Below, piece by piece: positions 10,407-21,526 of a stretch of 64,000 bases of DNA. A program made the translations under genes and the position numbers. The stretch spans positions 792 through 64,791 of the forward strand of contig CAAFWO010000017.1 in the NCBI GenBank assembly GCA_900766735.1, in the 5' to 3' direction. How positions within the stretch are numbered: the first letter of the stretch is position 1; every line of letters begins with the position of its first letter. Source of the stretch: Clostridia bacterium (GTDB taxonomy: Bacteria > Bacillota > Clostridia > CAKSNL01 > HGM11501). The notes beneath the pieces were generated by a model. The model searched no databases. It was not told the DNA's origin and saw only the letters and a list, made by a program, of their open reading frames with translations.

Positions 10407-10541
10407 GTGCTTAGAACATATCAGCCCAACAAGCTTAAGAGAAAAAAAGTGCATGGATTCAGAAGCAGAATGAGCACTAAAAACGGCAGAAAAGTTCTTT
10501 CGAGAAGAAGAAGACAGGGCAGAAGGGTTCTTTCCGCTTAA
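10407..10541 (+). CDS. rpmH: 50S ribosomal protein L34
   Basis: GTG start following an AAGGAGG RBS. Encodes the 44 aa [44 protein letters not shown]. Absent from the ORF track because it is under 60 aa. Confidence 0.9.
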   Translation: MLRTYQPNKLKRKKVHGFRSRMSTKNGRKVLSRRRRQGRRVLSA

Positions 10542-10568
10542 TTTTAAGAAGGAGAGATTATCTTTGGC

Positions 10569-10907
10569 ATGAAAAGTACGCTGTCGCTGAAAAGCAATTC
10601 TATTTTTACAAAACTTTATAAAAAGGGGAGCTGTGAGAAGTCCAGAAGCGTGATAATGTATTATCACAAAAACGGACTTCCTTTTTGCCGGATGGGAATA
10701 ACGGTCAGCAAGAAGATCGGTTCCGCTGTCAAAAGGAACAGAGCCAAAAGGCTTATCAGAGAAAGCTACAGATGCTTTGAAAAATACGCCTCGGGGTACG
10801 ATATTGTTTTTGTTGCAAGAACCATAACGCCCGAGGCCGGGTTTTTTGAAGTGAAAAAGGATATGGAAAGGCTGTTTGAAAAAAGTCTTATGAGGTGTGA
10901 AAAGTGA
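10569..10907 (+). CDS. rnpA: Ribonuclease P protein component
   Basis: 112 aa, basic, in the conserved position after rpmH. Confidence 0.9.
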   Translation: MKSTLSLKSNSIFTKLYKKGSCEKSRSVIMYYHKNGLPFCRMGITVSKKIGSAVKRNRAKRLIRESYRCFEKYASGYDIVFVARTITPEAGFFEVKKDMERLFEKSLMRCEK

Positions 10908-11113
10908 AATATGTTTTTCTTTTTTTTATCAGACTTTATAGAAAATATATTTCTCCTTTGTCAAAGCCTCATTGCAGATTTTACCCCACATGTTCAGCCT
11001 ATGCCTATGAAGCAATAAAAAAATACGGTGCGTTAAAGGGCGGTTTTTTAACCGTTAAAAGAATTCTGAAATGTCACCCTTTTAATGCGGGGGGATATGA
11101 TCCCGTTCCGTAA
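10904..11113 (+). CDS. yidD: Membrane protein insertion efficiency factor YidD
   Basis: 69 aa with the PTCSxYxxEA motif. Overlaps rnpA by 4 nt. Confidence 0.85.
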   Translation: MKYVFLFFIRLYRKYISPLSKPHCRFYPTCSAYAYEAIKKYGALKGGFLTVKRILKCHPFNAGGYDPVP

Positions 11114-11125
11114 AAAAATGAGGGA

Positions 11126-12031
11126 GTGATTAAAATAATAGATTTTTTCGCTAATATACTCAGCTATATCATTAACCCCATTTACAATCTGGTCGGAAAT
11201 TACGGTGTTGCCGTAATTTTGTTTACTGTTATAGTTAAAGTATTACTTGTCCCGCTCGGTGTTAAGCAGCAAAAGACGATGGTCAAGACCAAGCAGATCA
11301 AGCCCGAGCTTGACAAAATCCAGTCTAAATACAAAAACGATAAAGAAAAGCTCAACGAAGAAACGATGAAGCTTTATCAGAAGTATGACATTAACCCGAT
11401 GGGCGGATGTCTTCCTCTTCTTGTTCAGTTTCCGATTCTTTTGGGTCTTTACAGGGTTATTCAGCACCCCATTAACTGGATTTTAAGAAGTAATCCGGTT
11501 GATGCCATAGAAAAGATAATTACCGAAGGAAAGATGACAGAGTCCGCGGCGGCCGAAGCTCTTCGTTCGCTCTGCGCGTCGGCAGACAAAATTGCCGGCT
11601 TAAACAGTGTGAGCGAGCTTGTCGGAGCGTTTGAAAAGGATGCGTCGCTCGGCGTTACGCAGATAGACATAGCTTCAAAATTCCATCTCGTTAATTTCGA
11701 TTTTCTGGGATTGGATCTGTCGGCAACGCCCTCTATCAGCGAGCTTTCGTGGCTCTGGATAATTCCCATATTTGCAACGGGCGCGGCATTTTTCTCAAAC
11801 TGGGTATCTTCAAAGATCAACCCGATAACGGGAGATCAGGCGCAGACTATGAAGAGCATGAACCTTATGATGCCTTTGATGACGCTGTTTTTCACGTTCA
11901 CTCTTTCGGCAGGTATCGGCGTTTACTGGTTCTTCAGCACGATGTTATCCGTTGCACAGATGTATCTTTTGACAAAGTATTTTGAAAAGAAATATCCTTC
12001 CGTTGCCAATACGGGGAAAGGAAAAAAATAA
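11126..12031 (+). CDS. yidC: Membrane protein insertase YidC/Oxa1 family (start codon uncertain, GTG/ATA region)
   Basis: 301 aa with YidC transmembrane core motifs (GGCLPLLVQFPILLGLY). Confidence 0.88.
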   Translation: MIKIIDFFANILSYIINPIYNLVGNYGVAVILFTVIVKVLLVPLGVKQQKTMVKTKQIKPELDKIQSKYKNDKEKLNEETMKLYQKYDINPMGGCLPLLVQFPILLGLYRVIQHPINWILRSNPVDAIEKIITEGKMTESAAAEALRSLCASADKIAGLNSVSELVGAFEKDASLGVTQIDIASKFHLVNFDFLGLDLSATPSISELSWLWIIPIFATGAAFFSNWVSSKINPITGDQAQTMKSMNLMMPLMTLFFTFTLSAGIGVYWFFSTMLSVAQMYLLTKYFEKKYPSVANTGKGKK

Positions 12032-12687
12032 TGAGATTTGCAGAAAAAAAGGCAAAAACCGTTGACGAAGCGGTAAATCAGGCATTAGCTGAGCTTGGCG
12101 CTTCGAAAGACGAGGTTGATATTGAAATAATTGAAGAGACAAAGGGTCTTTTCGGAATCCTCGGAAGCAAGGAAGTCAAGGTCAGAGTCACATTAAGGGA
12201 AAGAGAAGAAGTGACTCGCGCCAAGGAGTTTATTAAAAATGTGACGGATAAGTTAGGAATGAACATCGAGCAGGAGGCCTCTTATAACGAAGAGGACAAG
12301 CTCTTAAAGATTGAGTTAAAGGGCGAAGAACTTGGCCTTTTGATCGGAAGAAGAGGAGAAACTCTTGACTCTATCCAGTACCTTACAAACATTTTTGTAA
12401 ACAAGAAGTCGGACGATTATGTCAAAGTCACGATCGACGCTGAAAATTACAGGGCGAGAAGAGAAGAAGCTTTGGTATCGCTGGCGAAGAGAACGGCTTC
12501 GAAGGCTGTTAAATACAGAAAAAATATGATAATTGAGCCGAAAAATCCTTACGAGAGAAGAATAATTCACGAGGCTCTTCAGGATTATCCCGAGGTAACG
12601 ACCTATTCAGTCGGAGAGGATCCCAACAGAAAGGTTATTGTGGCCTATAAGGGAATGGCCGGCGGCTACAGAAAAAACCAGGAATAA
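12031..12687 (+). CDS. jag: Jag/KhpB RNA-binding protein (KH + R3H domains)
   Basis: 218 aa in the conserved position after yidC. Confidence 0.85.
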   Translation: MRFAEKKAKTVDEAVNQALAELGASKDEVDIEIIEETKGLFGILGSKEVKVRVTLREREEVTRAKEFIKNVTDKLGMNIEQEASYNEEDKLLKIELKGEELGLLIGRRGETLDSIQYLTNIFVNKKSDDYVKVTIDAENYRARREEALVSLAKRTASKAVKYRKNMIIEPKNPYERRIIHEALQDYPEVTTYSVGEDPNRKVIVAYKGMAGGYRKNQE

Positions 12688-12736
12688 TTTAAAGAAGCGG
12701 CTTTTAAAGCCGCTTCTTATTTTAAGGGAGAAAAAA

Positions 12737-14086
12737 ATGTCTGAAACAATTGCGGCGATAAGCACAGCGCCGGGAAAAGGCGGAATTTCAATAATCAGAA
12801 TAAGCGGCGACAATGCTATTTTAACGGCGGACAAGGTATTTTGCGGCAAAAAAAGACTTGCCGATGCGAAAACGCACACCATCCACTACGGAAAAATCGT
12901 TTCCGGCGGCAAGGTGATTGACGAGTGCCTCTGCTCGGTAATGAGAGCGCCCTTAAGCTATACCACGGAGGACGTTGTCGAGATAAACGTCCACGGCGGA
13001 GTGTATTCGGCCGAGATGACGCTTAAAGCTGTCTTGGGTGCAGGAGCAAGGCCGGCAAAGCCCGGCGAATTTACGCTTCGCGCCTTTATGAACGGAAGGA
13101 TTGACCTTTCGGAGGCCGAGGCCGTCGGAGATATTATAGATTCAAAGACGGCGCTTGCACAGTCAACGGCCGTCAACCAGCTCGAAGGAAAATTAAAAGA
13201 GCCCGTCAACAATTTAAGAAAAAGGTTAGTTGAGATTCTGGGCTATATCACCGTCTCGTCCGACTTTCCGGACGAAGACCCGGACTCACTTTCCGGGATC
13301 GACATCAAAAAAGAAATTGAGAATATAAAAAAAGAAACTGAAATTATCTTAAATAATGCCGACAGGGGTATTATCATAAGAGATGGCGCTCTTTGCGCCA
13401 TCTGCGGCAAGCCAAACGTCGGAAAATCGTCGCTCTTAAACGCACTGACGGGAACTGACCGCGCGATAGTGACTGAGATCGAGGGCACGACGCGCGACGT
13501 TATCGAGGAATACATCAACATAAAGGGCGTTCCGGTGAAGCTGGCGGACACTGCCGGGATCCGCGAAAAAGCGGACGAGGTGGAAAAGATCGGCGTCAAA
13601 AAGGCGAAGGAGTATATCGATAAGGCCGACCTTTGCATTTTTGTGGCCGACAATTCAAGAAAATTTGAAAAAGAGGACGCGGAGATATTCTCGCTCCTTA
13701 AAAATAAAAAGGTGATAACAGTATTAAATAAGTCGGAGCTTGAAAATGAGTGCACTCTCCCCCCTTATATCTTAAATCCGGTTAAAATTTCGGTAAGAAC
13801 GGGAGAAGGCATAGCCGAGCTTACCGACAGGATATATGATGAGCTTATGGGAGAAGAGTTTTCGTCCGACTCGGTTTTGATCACGAACGGAAGACATAAA
13901 GAGGCGCTCGCCTTTGCCGATTCCGAGATCGGGAAGGCACTCACCGAGCTTGAAAGCGGCGCGCCGGTCGACCTTTGCTCGATATATTTGGAGAGCGCCG
14001 TGTCGCACCTTGGCGAAATCACGGGAATGACCGTATCTGACGAGGTCATAGGCGAGGTATTTTCAAAGTTTTGCATAGGAAAATAG
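12737..14086 (+). CDS. mnmE: tRNA modification GTPase MnmE (start at MSETIAA with AAGGGAG RBS; the longer track ORF is an upstream extension)
   Basis: G1-G4 GTPase motifs (GKPNVGKSSLLN, DTAG, NKSE) and the C-terminal CIGK. Confidence 0.93.
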   Translation: MSETIAAISTAPGKGGISIIRISGDNAILTADKVFCGKKRLADAKTHTIHYGKIVSGGKVIDECLCSVMRAPLSYTTEDVVEINVHGGVYSAEMTLKAVLGAGARPAKPGEFTLRAFMNGRIDLSEAEAVGDIIDSKTALAQSTAVNQLEGKLKEPVNNLRKRLVEILGYITVSSDFPDEDPDSLSGIDIKKEIENIKKETEIILNNADRGIIIRDGALCAICGKPNVGKSSLLNALTGTDRAIVTEIEGTTRDVIEEYINIKGVPVKLADTAGIREKADEVEKIGVKKAKEYIDKADLCIFVADNSRKFEKEDAEIFSLLKNKKVITVLNKSELENECTLPPYILNPVKISVRTGEGIAELTDRIYDELMGEEFSSDSVLITNGRHKEALAFADSEIGKALTELESGAPVDLCSIYLESAVSHLGEITGMTVSDEVIGEVFSKFCIGK

Positions 14087-14096
14087 GTGAATTTTA

Positions 14097-15971
14097 ATGG
14101 AATATTTTAACGCAGGTAAATATGACGTTGCCGTCATCGGCGCGGGGCATGCCGGTTGCGAAGCGGCGCTTGCCGCCGCCAGAATGGGCTGTTCTGTCGT
14201 GATGTTTTCCGTGAATCTTGACGCGGTGGCCAATATGCCGTGTAATCCGCACATCGGCGGAACGGCGAAAGGACACCTGGTTAGGGAGATAGACGCGCTC
14301 GGCGGCGAGATGGGAAAAGCGGCGGACGAGACTTATATTCAGATAAAGATGCTGAACCTCGGCAAAGGGCCGGCCGTTCATTCTCTTCGCGCGCAGATCG
14401 ACAGAATGAAGTACCGCGAGAGAATGAAGCACACGATCGAGCTTCAGGACAACCTTGACTTAAAGCAGGGTGAGGTCATTGACATCAGGTTTGAGGACAA
14501 AAAGGTGAAGTCAGTCGTCACGGCGACGGGCGCGGTTTACGATGTTAATTCGTGCATTATCGCGACCGGAACATATTTAAACGGCCGCATAGTAATAGGC
14601 GAGTTAAAGATCGACGGCGGACCGGACGGGATGATGCCGGCAAAGGGACTGTCGGACAGCCTCATAAAGGCCGGGGTGCGCCTCATGCGGTTTAAGACGG
14701 GCACACCGTCGCGCTTAAACAGGAAAAGCGTGGACTTTTCGAAAATGGAGCACCAGGACGAAAAAGATCCTCCCCTCCCATTCTCGTTTGAGACCGAAAA
14801 TATGCGCCCGAGCACGGCGGACTGCTACATCACATATACAAATGCCGAGACTCATAGGATAATAAGGGACAACATCGAAAGAGCGCCGCTTTTCAATAAA
14901 TCCATCAAGGGCACGGGGCCGAGATACTGCCCCTCGATCGAGGATAAGGTGATGCGCTTTGCGGACAAGCAGCGTCACCAGATATTTATCGAGCCGATGG
15001 GCGAAAACACGGAGGAGCTCTATGTTCAGGGAATGTCGTCAAGCTTGCCTGAAGACGTGCAGATAAAGATGCTCCACTCGATAAAAGGGCTTGAAAATGC
15101 GAAAATTCAGCGAAATGCCTATGCCATCGAGTATGACTGTTTGGACCCGACTCAGCTTAAGTCCACTCTTGAATTTAAGAAAATATCCGGCCTTTTCGGC
15201 GCGGGGCAGTTTAACGGAAGCTCCGGCTATGAAGAGGCGGCGTGCCAGGGTCTTATGGCCGGCATCAACGCGGCGCTGAAGGTGAAAAACAAGCCCCCCT
15301 TTGTGCTCGACCGGTCGGAGGCATATATCGGCGTACTTATAGACGATCTTACGATCAAGGGAACGCCCGAGCCTTACAGAATGCTCACCTCGCGTGCGGA
15401 ATACCGCCTTTTGCTCCGCCAGGACAACGCGGATTTAAGGCTTACCGAAAAAGGCCACGAGCTGGGACTTATTTCGGACGGGCGCTACAATGCTTTTTTA
15501 GAGAAAAAGCGCCTTATCGAGCAGGAAATAGAACGCTGCGAGAAGAAAAACATCTCCCCGTCGGAGGCAAACCCGGTGTTAGAGCGGTTTTCGAGCACTC
15601 CCATCACGACGGGCTTTAAGTTAGGCGAGCTAATAAGAAGGCCGGAGCTTAACTATTTTGTGTTAAAAGACGCGGATTCCGACAGGCCGCCTCTTCCCTA
15701 TGCGGTCTGCGAGGAGGTCAACATCGCGGTCAAATACGACGGATATATAAGGATGCAGAAAGAACAGGTCGAGGCGTTCCGAAAGCTTGAAAAAAGAAAG
15801 ATTCCGGCAGATACGGACTATAACCTCATAAGCGGCCTAAAAAAAGAGGCGCGCGAAAAGCTCATCAAGGCAAAGCCGGAAAACATCGGTCAGGCCGGCA
15901 GAATTTCCGGCGTTTCCCCGGCCGACATCGCGGTTTTATACATCTATCTTGACCAGAACAAAAGAGGGTGA
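14097..15971 (+). CDS. mnmG: tRNA uridine 5-carboxymethylaminomethyl modification enzyme MnmG (GidA)
   Basis: 624 aa with the FAD-binding N-terminus ([15 protein letters not shown]). Confidence 0.95.
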   Translation: MEYFNAGKYDVAVIGAGHAGCEAALAAARMGCSVVMFSVNLDAVANMPCNPHIGGTAKGHLVREIDALGGEMGKAADETYIQIKMLNLGKGPAVHSLRAQIDRMKYRERMKHTIELQDNLDLKQGEVIDIRFEDKKVKSVVTATGAVYDVNSCIIATGTYLNGRIVIGELKIDGGPDGMMPAKGLSDSLIKAGVRLMRFKTGTPSRLNRKSVDFSKMEHQDEKDPPLPFSFETENMRPSTADCYITYTNAETHRIIRDNIERAPLFNKSIKGTGPRYCPSIEDKVMRFADKQRHQIFIEPMGENTEELYVQGMSSSLPEDVQIKMLHSIKGLENAKIQRNAYAIEYDCLDPTQLKSTLEFKKISGLFGAGQFNGSSGYEEAACQGLMAGINAALKVKNKPPFVLDRSEAYIGVLIDDLTIKGTPEPYRMLTSRAEYRLLLRQDNADLRLTEKGHELGLISDGRYNAFLEKKRLIEQEIERCEKKNISPSEANPVLERFSSTPITTGFKLGELIRRPELNYFVLKDADSDRPPLPYAVCEEVNIAVKYDGYIRMQKEQVEAFRKLEKRKIPADTDYNLISGLKKEAREKLIKAKPENIGQAGRISGVSPADIAVLYIYLDQNKRG

Positions 15972-16666
15972 TCGCCATAGAAAACATTTATCCCGTTAAG
16001 ATTTCAGAAGAGGCCTATTTAAATCTTGAAAAATATGCCGACCTTTTGACGGAACATAACAAATATATGAACCTCACCGCCATAACAAAGAGAAGAGAGA
16101 TCCGCGTGAAGCATTTTGCGGACTGCCTTTCGCTTTTAACGCTCGGAATCATTAAAGAGAATATGACCGTTGCGGATGTGGGCACGGGAGCGGGCTTTCC
16201 GGGTCTGCCGGTAAAGATCGCAGTGCCCTCCCTATCTGTCACGCTTATCGACGCACTTGAAAAAAGGGTGAACTTTCTAAACACGGTGATAGGCGCACTT
16301 AAATTGGAAAATATCACGGCAGTCCATAAAAGAGCGGAGGACGCCGGGCAGGACGGTTCGCTTCGCGAAAGCTTTGACATTGCGCTTTCCCGTGCGGTCG
16401 CGCCGCTTTCGGTGCTCTCGGAATATTGCCTTCCCTTGGTGAAACCGGGCGGATATTTTTTGGCAATGAAGGGTCCTGAGCCCGAAACCGAGGCGGACGG
16501 GGCAAAGGGAGCAATAAAAGAGCTCGGCGGCGAAATTGAAAAAATTAAAAGGCTCACCATTGCCGAAGAGATGACCCACAGCGTTGTGATAATAAAAAAA
16601 ATATCGCAAACACCGCAAAAATATCCCAGAAAAGCGGGCAAACCGGCAAAAAGCCCGTTAAAGTGA
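15968..16666 (+). CDS. rsmG: 16S rRNA (guanine527-N7)-methyltransferase RsmG (GidB)
   Basis: 232 aa with a SAM-methyltransferase fold ([10 protein letters not shown]). Overlaps mnmG by 4 nt. Confidence 0.9.
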   Translation: MIAIENIYPVKISEEAYLNLEKYADLLTEHNKYMNLTAITKRREIRVKHFADCLSLLTLGIIKENMTVADVGTGAGFPGLPVKIAVPSLSVTLIDALEKRVNFLNTVIGALKLENITAVHKRAEDAGQDGSLRESFDIALSRAVAPLSVLSEYCLPLVKPGGYFLAMKGPEPETEADGAKGAIKELGGEIEKIKRLTIAEEMTHSVVIIKKISQTPQKYPRKAGKPAKSPLK

Positions 16667-16749
16667 CACTTTAAAGGCGAAAAAGGGCGAAAACTTATTA
16701 TTTACAAAAACTGGAAAAGGTGCTATTATGGAATTGTTCAAAAGATAGC

Positions 16750-16787
16750 ACGAAAACCGCTTTTGAATGAAAGCGGTTTTTCTTTTT
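16750..16787 (+). terminator. Hairpin (aaaccgctttt / aaagcggttt) + T-run, 3 nt before the noc RBS
   Basis: 10-bp stem with a 6-nt loop, followed by TTTTCTTTTT. A candidate sigma-A promoter (TTTACA-17-TATTAT, about 16703-16731) lies upstream of it. Confidence 0.45.
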
Positions 16788-16800
16788 AAGGAGGATATTA

Positions 16801-17619
16801 ATGATAAGCGCCGTGTTTTCGGAGGAAATACCGAAAAAAGTTATTGACATACCGCTCGAAAGGATCGAGACGAACCCCACACAGCCGAGACGGTTTTTTG
16901 ACCTTGAGGCGCTGGCGGAGCTTGCCGCATCGATCGACGAGTACGGAGTCATTCAACCGATAACCGTTAAAAAGAAGGCGAACGGAAGCTTTTTGATAAT
17001 TGCCGGCGAGAGAAGATACCGTGCAAGCTGTATGGCGAAAAAGCGCACCATTCCGGCGATAGTCGTTAATTTGAGCGATTCTGAAAGCGCCGCGATAGCG
17101 CTTCTGGAAAACCTTCAGCGAAAGGACCTGACCTTCTTTGAGGAGGCCGAGGGCTATGCACGTCTCATGAACGAGTATAATATGACGCAGGACGAGCTTT
17201 CAGAAAAGCTCGGAAAAAGCCAGTCCTCGATCGCGAACAAGCTAAGGCTCTTAAAGCTTGACGACGAATCAAAGACCGCGATATTCGAAGCCGGGCTCAC
17301 GGAAAGGCACGCGAGGGCGCTTCTAAAGCTCGCGAACAAAAAAAGCAGAGAGAAAGCTCTTAAGCTGATAATAGAGAAAAAACTCAATGTCGCAAAGGCC
17401 GAAAACCTTATTGACCGCCTGGCGGAGGACGAGGCGGAAAGCAAACGCCTCAACGCCTTCAAGGCAGTGATGAGTGAGGATGCGAAAAAGCAGAAGATTT
17501 TTTGCAACACGGTCAATAAGGCAATCCGACTTCTGGACAAGTCCGGCATAAAGACCGAGATAGAACAGGCCGAGGACGAGGAAAACTATATCTACACGAT
17601 CAGCATCAAAAAAAGCTGA
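16801..17619 (+). CDS. noc: ParB-family nucleoid occlusion protein (Noc-like paralog of Spo0J)
   Basis: 272 aa with the ParB N-terminal motif (GERRYRA) and an HTH. Sits in the conserved rsmG-noc-soj-spo0J order. Confidence 0.75.
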   Translation: MISAVFSEEIPKKVIDIPLERIETNPTQPRRFFDLEALAELAASIDEYGVIQPITVKKKANGSFLIIAGERRYRASCMAKKRTIPAIVVNLSDSESAAIALLENLQRKDLTFFEEAEGYARLMNEYNMTQDELSEKLGKSQSSIANKLRLLKLDDESKTAIFEAGLTERHARALLKLANKKSREKALKLIIEKKLNVAKAENLIDRLAEDEAESKRLNAFKAVMSEDAKKQKIFCNTVNKAIRLLDKSGIKTEIEQAEDEENYIYTISIKKS

Positions 17620-17661
17620 ACCGGAGAGGTTCTTCATTAACCCCCTTCTTCCTGCGCGGAG

Positions 17662-17677
17662 TGTTTCACGTGAAACA
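17662..17677. promoter_or_regulatory. parS site (TGTTTCACGTGAAACA, perfect consensus) within a 32-bp perfect palindrome 17654-17685
   Basis: Exact match to the Firmicute parS consensus. Flanked by gcgcggag / ctccgcgc. Confidence 0.85.
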
Positions 17678-17698
17678 CTCCGCGCAATTATTTTTAAA

Positions 17699-17714
17699 TG
17701 TTTCACGTGAAACG
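17699..17714. promoter_or_regulatory. Second parS site (TGTTTCACGTGAAACg, 15/16)
   Basis: Lies 37 bp downstream of the first parS and upstream of parA. Confidence 0.8.
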
Positions 17715-17776
17715 ATTGCAATTTAAATTAAAGTGTGATATACTTATAAAGACGATTAAACGAAAAGAGGAACGCT

Positions 17777-18541
17777 ATGGGGAAAGTGATAGCACTCGCC
17801 AATCAGAAGGGCGGCGTCGGCAAAACGACGACAGCGGTGAATTTGAGCGCCGCGCTTGCCGAAAAGGGCAAAAAGATACTTCTTATCGATTCCGACGCAC
17901 AGGGCAACGCCACAAGCGGACTCGGAATCAAGATCGAAAAAGGCGGAAAAACGCTTTACAATGTTATAACGGAAGAAGAACCGATGAGCTCCGCGATAGT
18001 GAAGACGGCGTATGACCGCCTTTATGTTTGCCCGTCGGATGTTGAGCTTTCCGGTGCGGAGATCGAGCTTGTGGATGCGCCCGACCGTGCACATCGGCTT
18101 AAGAATGCGCTTTCCGGAATAAAAAACGATTACGATTTCATTTTGATAGACTGTCCCCCGTCGCTCGGACTGGTGACGCTTAACGCGCTCGCCGCGGCGG
18201 ACACGGTTTTGGTTCCTATTCAGTGCGAGTTTTACGCGCTGGAGGGTTTGGCGCTCTTAACGGGGACGATCAAGCGCGTTAAAAAAAGCATAAATCCCGA
18301 CATTGAATTTGAGGGGGTGCTCTTAACGATGTTCAACGGAAGGGCCAACCTCTCAATTCAGGTTGCCGACGAGGTTAAAAGATATTTCCGCGAGAAGGTC
18401 TATAAAACAGTGATTCCGCGAAATATCAGGCTTTCGGAAGCGCCGGGCTTCGGAGAATCGGTGCTGACATACGATTCGCGCTCTAAGGGCGCGGAAAGCT
18501 ACCGCGCGTTGGCTGACGAGGTTATTAAATATAACAGATAA
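17777..18541 (+). CDS. soj: Chromosome partitioning ATPase ParA (Soj)
   Basis: 254 aa with the deviant Walker A KGGVGKTT. Confidence 0.93.
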   Translation: MGKVIALANQKGGVGKTTTAVNLSAALAEKGKKILLIDSDAQGNATSGLGIKIEKGGKTLYNVITEEEPMSSAIVKTAYDRLYVCPSDVELSGAEIELVDAPDRAHRLKNALSGIKNDYDFILIDCPPSLGLVTLNALAAADTVLVPIQCEFYALEGLALLTGTIKRVKKSINPDIEFEGVLLTMFNGRANLSIQVADEVKRYFREKVYKTVIPRNIRLSEAPGFGESVLTYDSRSKGAESYRALADEVIKYNR

Positions 18542-18551
18542 CGAAAGGAAA

Positions 18552-19424
18552 ATGGCTATGGCGAAAAAGGGACTCGGAAGAGGGCTTGACGCGCTTCTTC
18601 CGACAGAAGATGAGGCCGTTGAAAGCGGGAATAAGGAATTTATCACTGTGGCGACGGCTTTTGTTGAGCCGAACAGAAAACAGCCGAGAAAGCATTTTGA
18701 CGAGGAGGAGCTTTCAGCACTCTCGGAATCGGTCAAAAGGTACGGCGTGCTTCAGCCGATAACGGTCAAGGATGAAAAAAACGGATTTTACACGATCATC
18801 GCCGGGGAGAGACGGTGGAGAGCCGCGAAAATGGCGGGGCTTTCCGAGGTTCCGGTGCGTATCGTTGATTTTTCCTCGCTTGAGGAGCTTGAGGTTTCGC
18901 TTATCGAGAACCTTCAGAGGACCGACCTTGACCCTGTCGAAGAGGCGATGGGCTATAAGCGGCTGATGGAGGAGCACATGCTTACGCAGGAGGAGGTCTC
19001 CAAAAAGGTCGGCAAAAGCAGAAGTGCGGTTGCCAACGCTTTGAGAATACTCGCTCTTCCCGAAAATGTGAGGGAGCTTCTGATAGAAAAAAAGATCTCC
19101 GCCGGCCACGCGAAGGCGATCTTGATGGTCAATGACAGTAAAAAGCAGGAGCTTTTGGCCGAAAGGATCGTTTCGGAGGGCCTTTCCGTGAGAAGCGCGG
19201 AAAGCATAGCGGCGATGCTTAACTCCGAAAAGGCGAAAAAGGCGCCTTCAAAGAAACACGAGAAAACGCCGGAGGTCAAGGATCTTGAAAAGAGCCTGTC
19301 CGACAGCCTCGGCACAAAGGTCTTGCTTGAGGAGAAGAAAAAAGGCGGAAAGATCGAGATCGAGTATTATGACAAGGATCAGTTAGAGGCTATAATCGGC
19401 TACCTTAAAGGGTATCAAAGATAG
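18552..19424 (+). CDS. spo0J: Chromosome partitioning protein ParB (Spo0J)
   Basis: 290 aa with the GERRWRAA ParB box and an HTH. Confidence 0.93.
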   Translation: MAMAKKGLGRGLDALLPTEDEAVESGNKEFITVATAFVEPNRKQPRKHFDEEELSALSESVKRYGVLQPITVKDEKNGFYTIIAGERRWRAAKMAGLSEVPVRIVDFSSLEELEVSLIENLQRTDLDPVEEAMGYKRLMEEHMLTQEEVSKKVGKSRSAVANALRILALPENVRELLIEKKISAGHAKAILMVNDSKKQELLAERIVSEGLSVRSAESIAAMLNSEKAKKAPSKKHEKTPEVKDLEKSLSDSLGTKVLLEEKKKGGKIEIEYYDKDQLEAIIGYLKGYQR

Positions 19425-19438
19425 AAAGGAAAATCGGG

Positions 19439-20788
19439 ATGAAAAAATTACTCGCTTTAACGGCTGTATTTTTCTTTGTCTTTACAATTGCCGGCTCTGC
19501 GGCACTGTTTTCGGATGTTAACGGCCACTGGGCAGAGCCGTATATCGAGGCGCTCACGATGGAGGGCGTGATAAACGGCGTGTCGGATAACAGCTTTGCG
19601 CCCGACAGCTCCGTCACGAGAGAGCAGTTTTTAAAAATGCTAATGATCGTGTCGGCAAAAAGCACGGGCGAAAGAATGCTTTTCGAAAATCCTCCCAAGA
19701 GCGATGAGGGTGAGCTTTCGCCGTTTGCCGACGTTTCAACTGACCGATGGAGCTATTATTACATTAAAAAAGCTTACGGAACTATCATTTATACCGAGGA
19801 ATACGGCGAGAAATTCGAACCGGTTAAATACATCACGCGCGAGGAGGCGGCAGTCTGGATGAGCCGCGCGCTTGAGCTTTCGCCGGCTGAGCCGGATTTT
19901 ACCGATAACGACCTTATCGGAAAGAAAGAGCTTGTCGGCGCAGCAGCGGCAAGCGGCCTTATCTCGGGATTCCCGGACAAGAGCTTTCGCCCGGGACACA
20001 CGCTCACGAGAGGTGAAGCCTCCGTTATGCTTCTGCGCGCAGGAAGGATTAACGCAATGCTCGTTTCGGCGTCATACACCGAAACGGCAAAGGAATTTAC
20101 CAGAGATCTATATCTTGACGGGACGGAGGAAAACGTTAAGATCACGGCGGACGGCGAGAGCTATGCCGTCACCGTCAACGACATCACCGTGCTCGGCGGC
20201 CGGTGCGAGACTGCCGCGAGCCGCTATTATGTGATCGACATTGACAAAAACGACAGCTTTAAGGAGATCGCCGTTGTCGAAAAGGATTTCGGCGACTCAA
20301 CGCTTGCGATATACAGATACACCGGGAAGACGCTCTATCTTATGGGCACGGTCGACAGCGACGGCGACATCGCTGTGAGAACCGACAGCACGCCGATCGG
20401 CGACGACTGGGGCGCTGTCAGCATCAATATGGACGGGAGCATTACCGCGAACATCGGCGTTCAGTTCGTGCACACGATGCTTATACGCCGCCAGTATAAG
20501 TTAAACTCCAAAATGCGCATCGAGCCTGTCGGCACGGAGTTTTACACGATCGGGAAATATTCCTCGTTCACAGTGAAAAACGACCTTGAAAGCTCATATT
20601 CCGATGAGGAGCACCCGAACATTTCGTTAAAACCCGGCTACACCGGTTCGATCGTGAAGACGGACCTTAAAAACTGGATATACATCGAAACCGGAAGCGG
20701 CGATAAGGGCTGGATATATGTAAACGAAGGCCTTGTGAACGGGCTTAGCCTGTCCGACTATCTTGACGGGCTCAACTATGCGGGATAA
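19439..20788 (+). CDS. SLH-domain (S-layer homology) cell-wall associated protein
   Basis: Signal peptide, three SLH repeats (FSDVNGHWAEPYIEAL...; FADVSTDRW...; FTDND...) and a C-terminal beta-rich domain. Confidence 0.8.
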   Translation: MKKLLALTAVFFFVFTIAGSAALFSDVNGHWAEPYIEALTMEGVINGVSDNSFAPDSSVTREQFLKMLMIVSAKSTGERMLFENPPKSDEGELSPFADVSTDRWSYYYIKKAYGTIIYTEEYGEKFEPVKYITREEAAVWMSRALELSPAEPDFTDNDLIGKKELVGAAAASGLISGFPDKSFRPGHTLTRGEASVMLLRAGRINAMLVSASYTETAKEFTRDLYLDGTEENVKITADGESYAVTVNDITVLGGRCETAASRYYVIDIDKNDSFKEIAVVEKDFGDSTLAIYRYTGKTLYLMGTVDSDGDIAVRTDSTPIGDDWGAVSINMDGSITANIGVQFVHTMLIRRQYKLNSKMRIEPVGTEFYTIGKYSSFTVKNDLESSYSDEEHPNISLKPGYTGSIVKTDLKNWIYIETGSGDKGWIYVNEGLVNGLSLSDYLDGLNYAG

Positions 20789-20828
20789 CATAGGGCGCGA
20801 AGGCGGCTTATGCTCAAAAAATATATAA

Positions 20829-21479
<651 letters not shown>

Positions 21480-21487
21480 TATAAATA

Positions 21488-21526
21488 AAAAACACCGTGT
21501 GTATTAATGCACACGGTGTTTTTTAT
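21488..21526. terminator. Bidirectional rho-independent terminator (aacaccgtgtg ... cacacggtgtt)
   Basis: 11-bp perfect stem with A-run and T-run flanks. Serves the convergent upp gene and the downstream oxidoreductase. Confidence 0.75.

Noticed and set aside
10284-10667. 127-aa minus-strand ORF
   Set aside because: Spans the AT-rich oriC / rpmH promoter and the antisense of rpmH and rnpA. Low-complexity translation.
12638-12736. N-terminal 33-aa extension of mnmE in the track ORF
   Set aside because: Overlaps the jag 3' end. No RBS. MnmE homologs start at MSETIAAISTA, which has its own AAGGGAG RBS.
16015-16641. 208-aa minus ORF antisense to rsmG
   Set aside because: Antisense to a conserved methyltransferase. 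No RBS.
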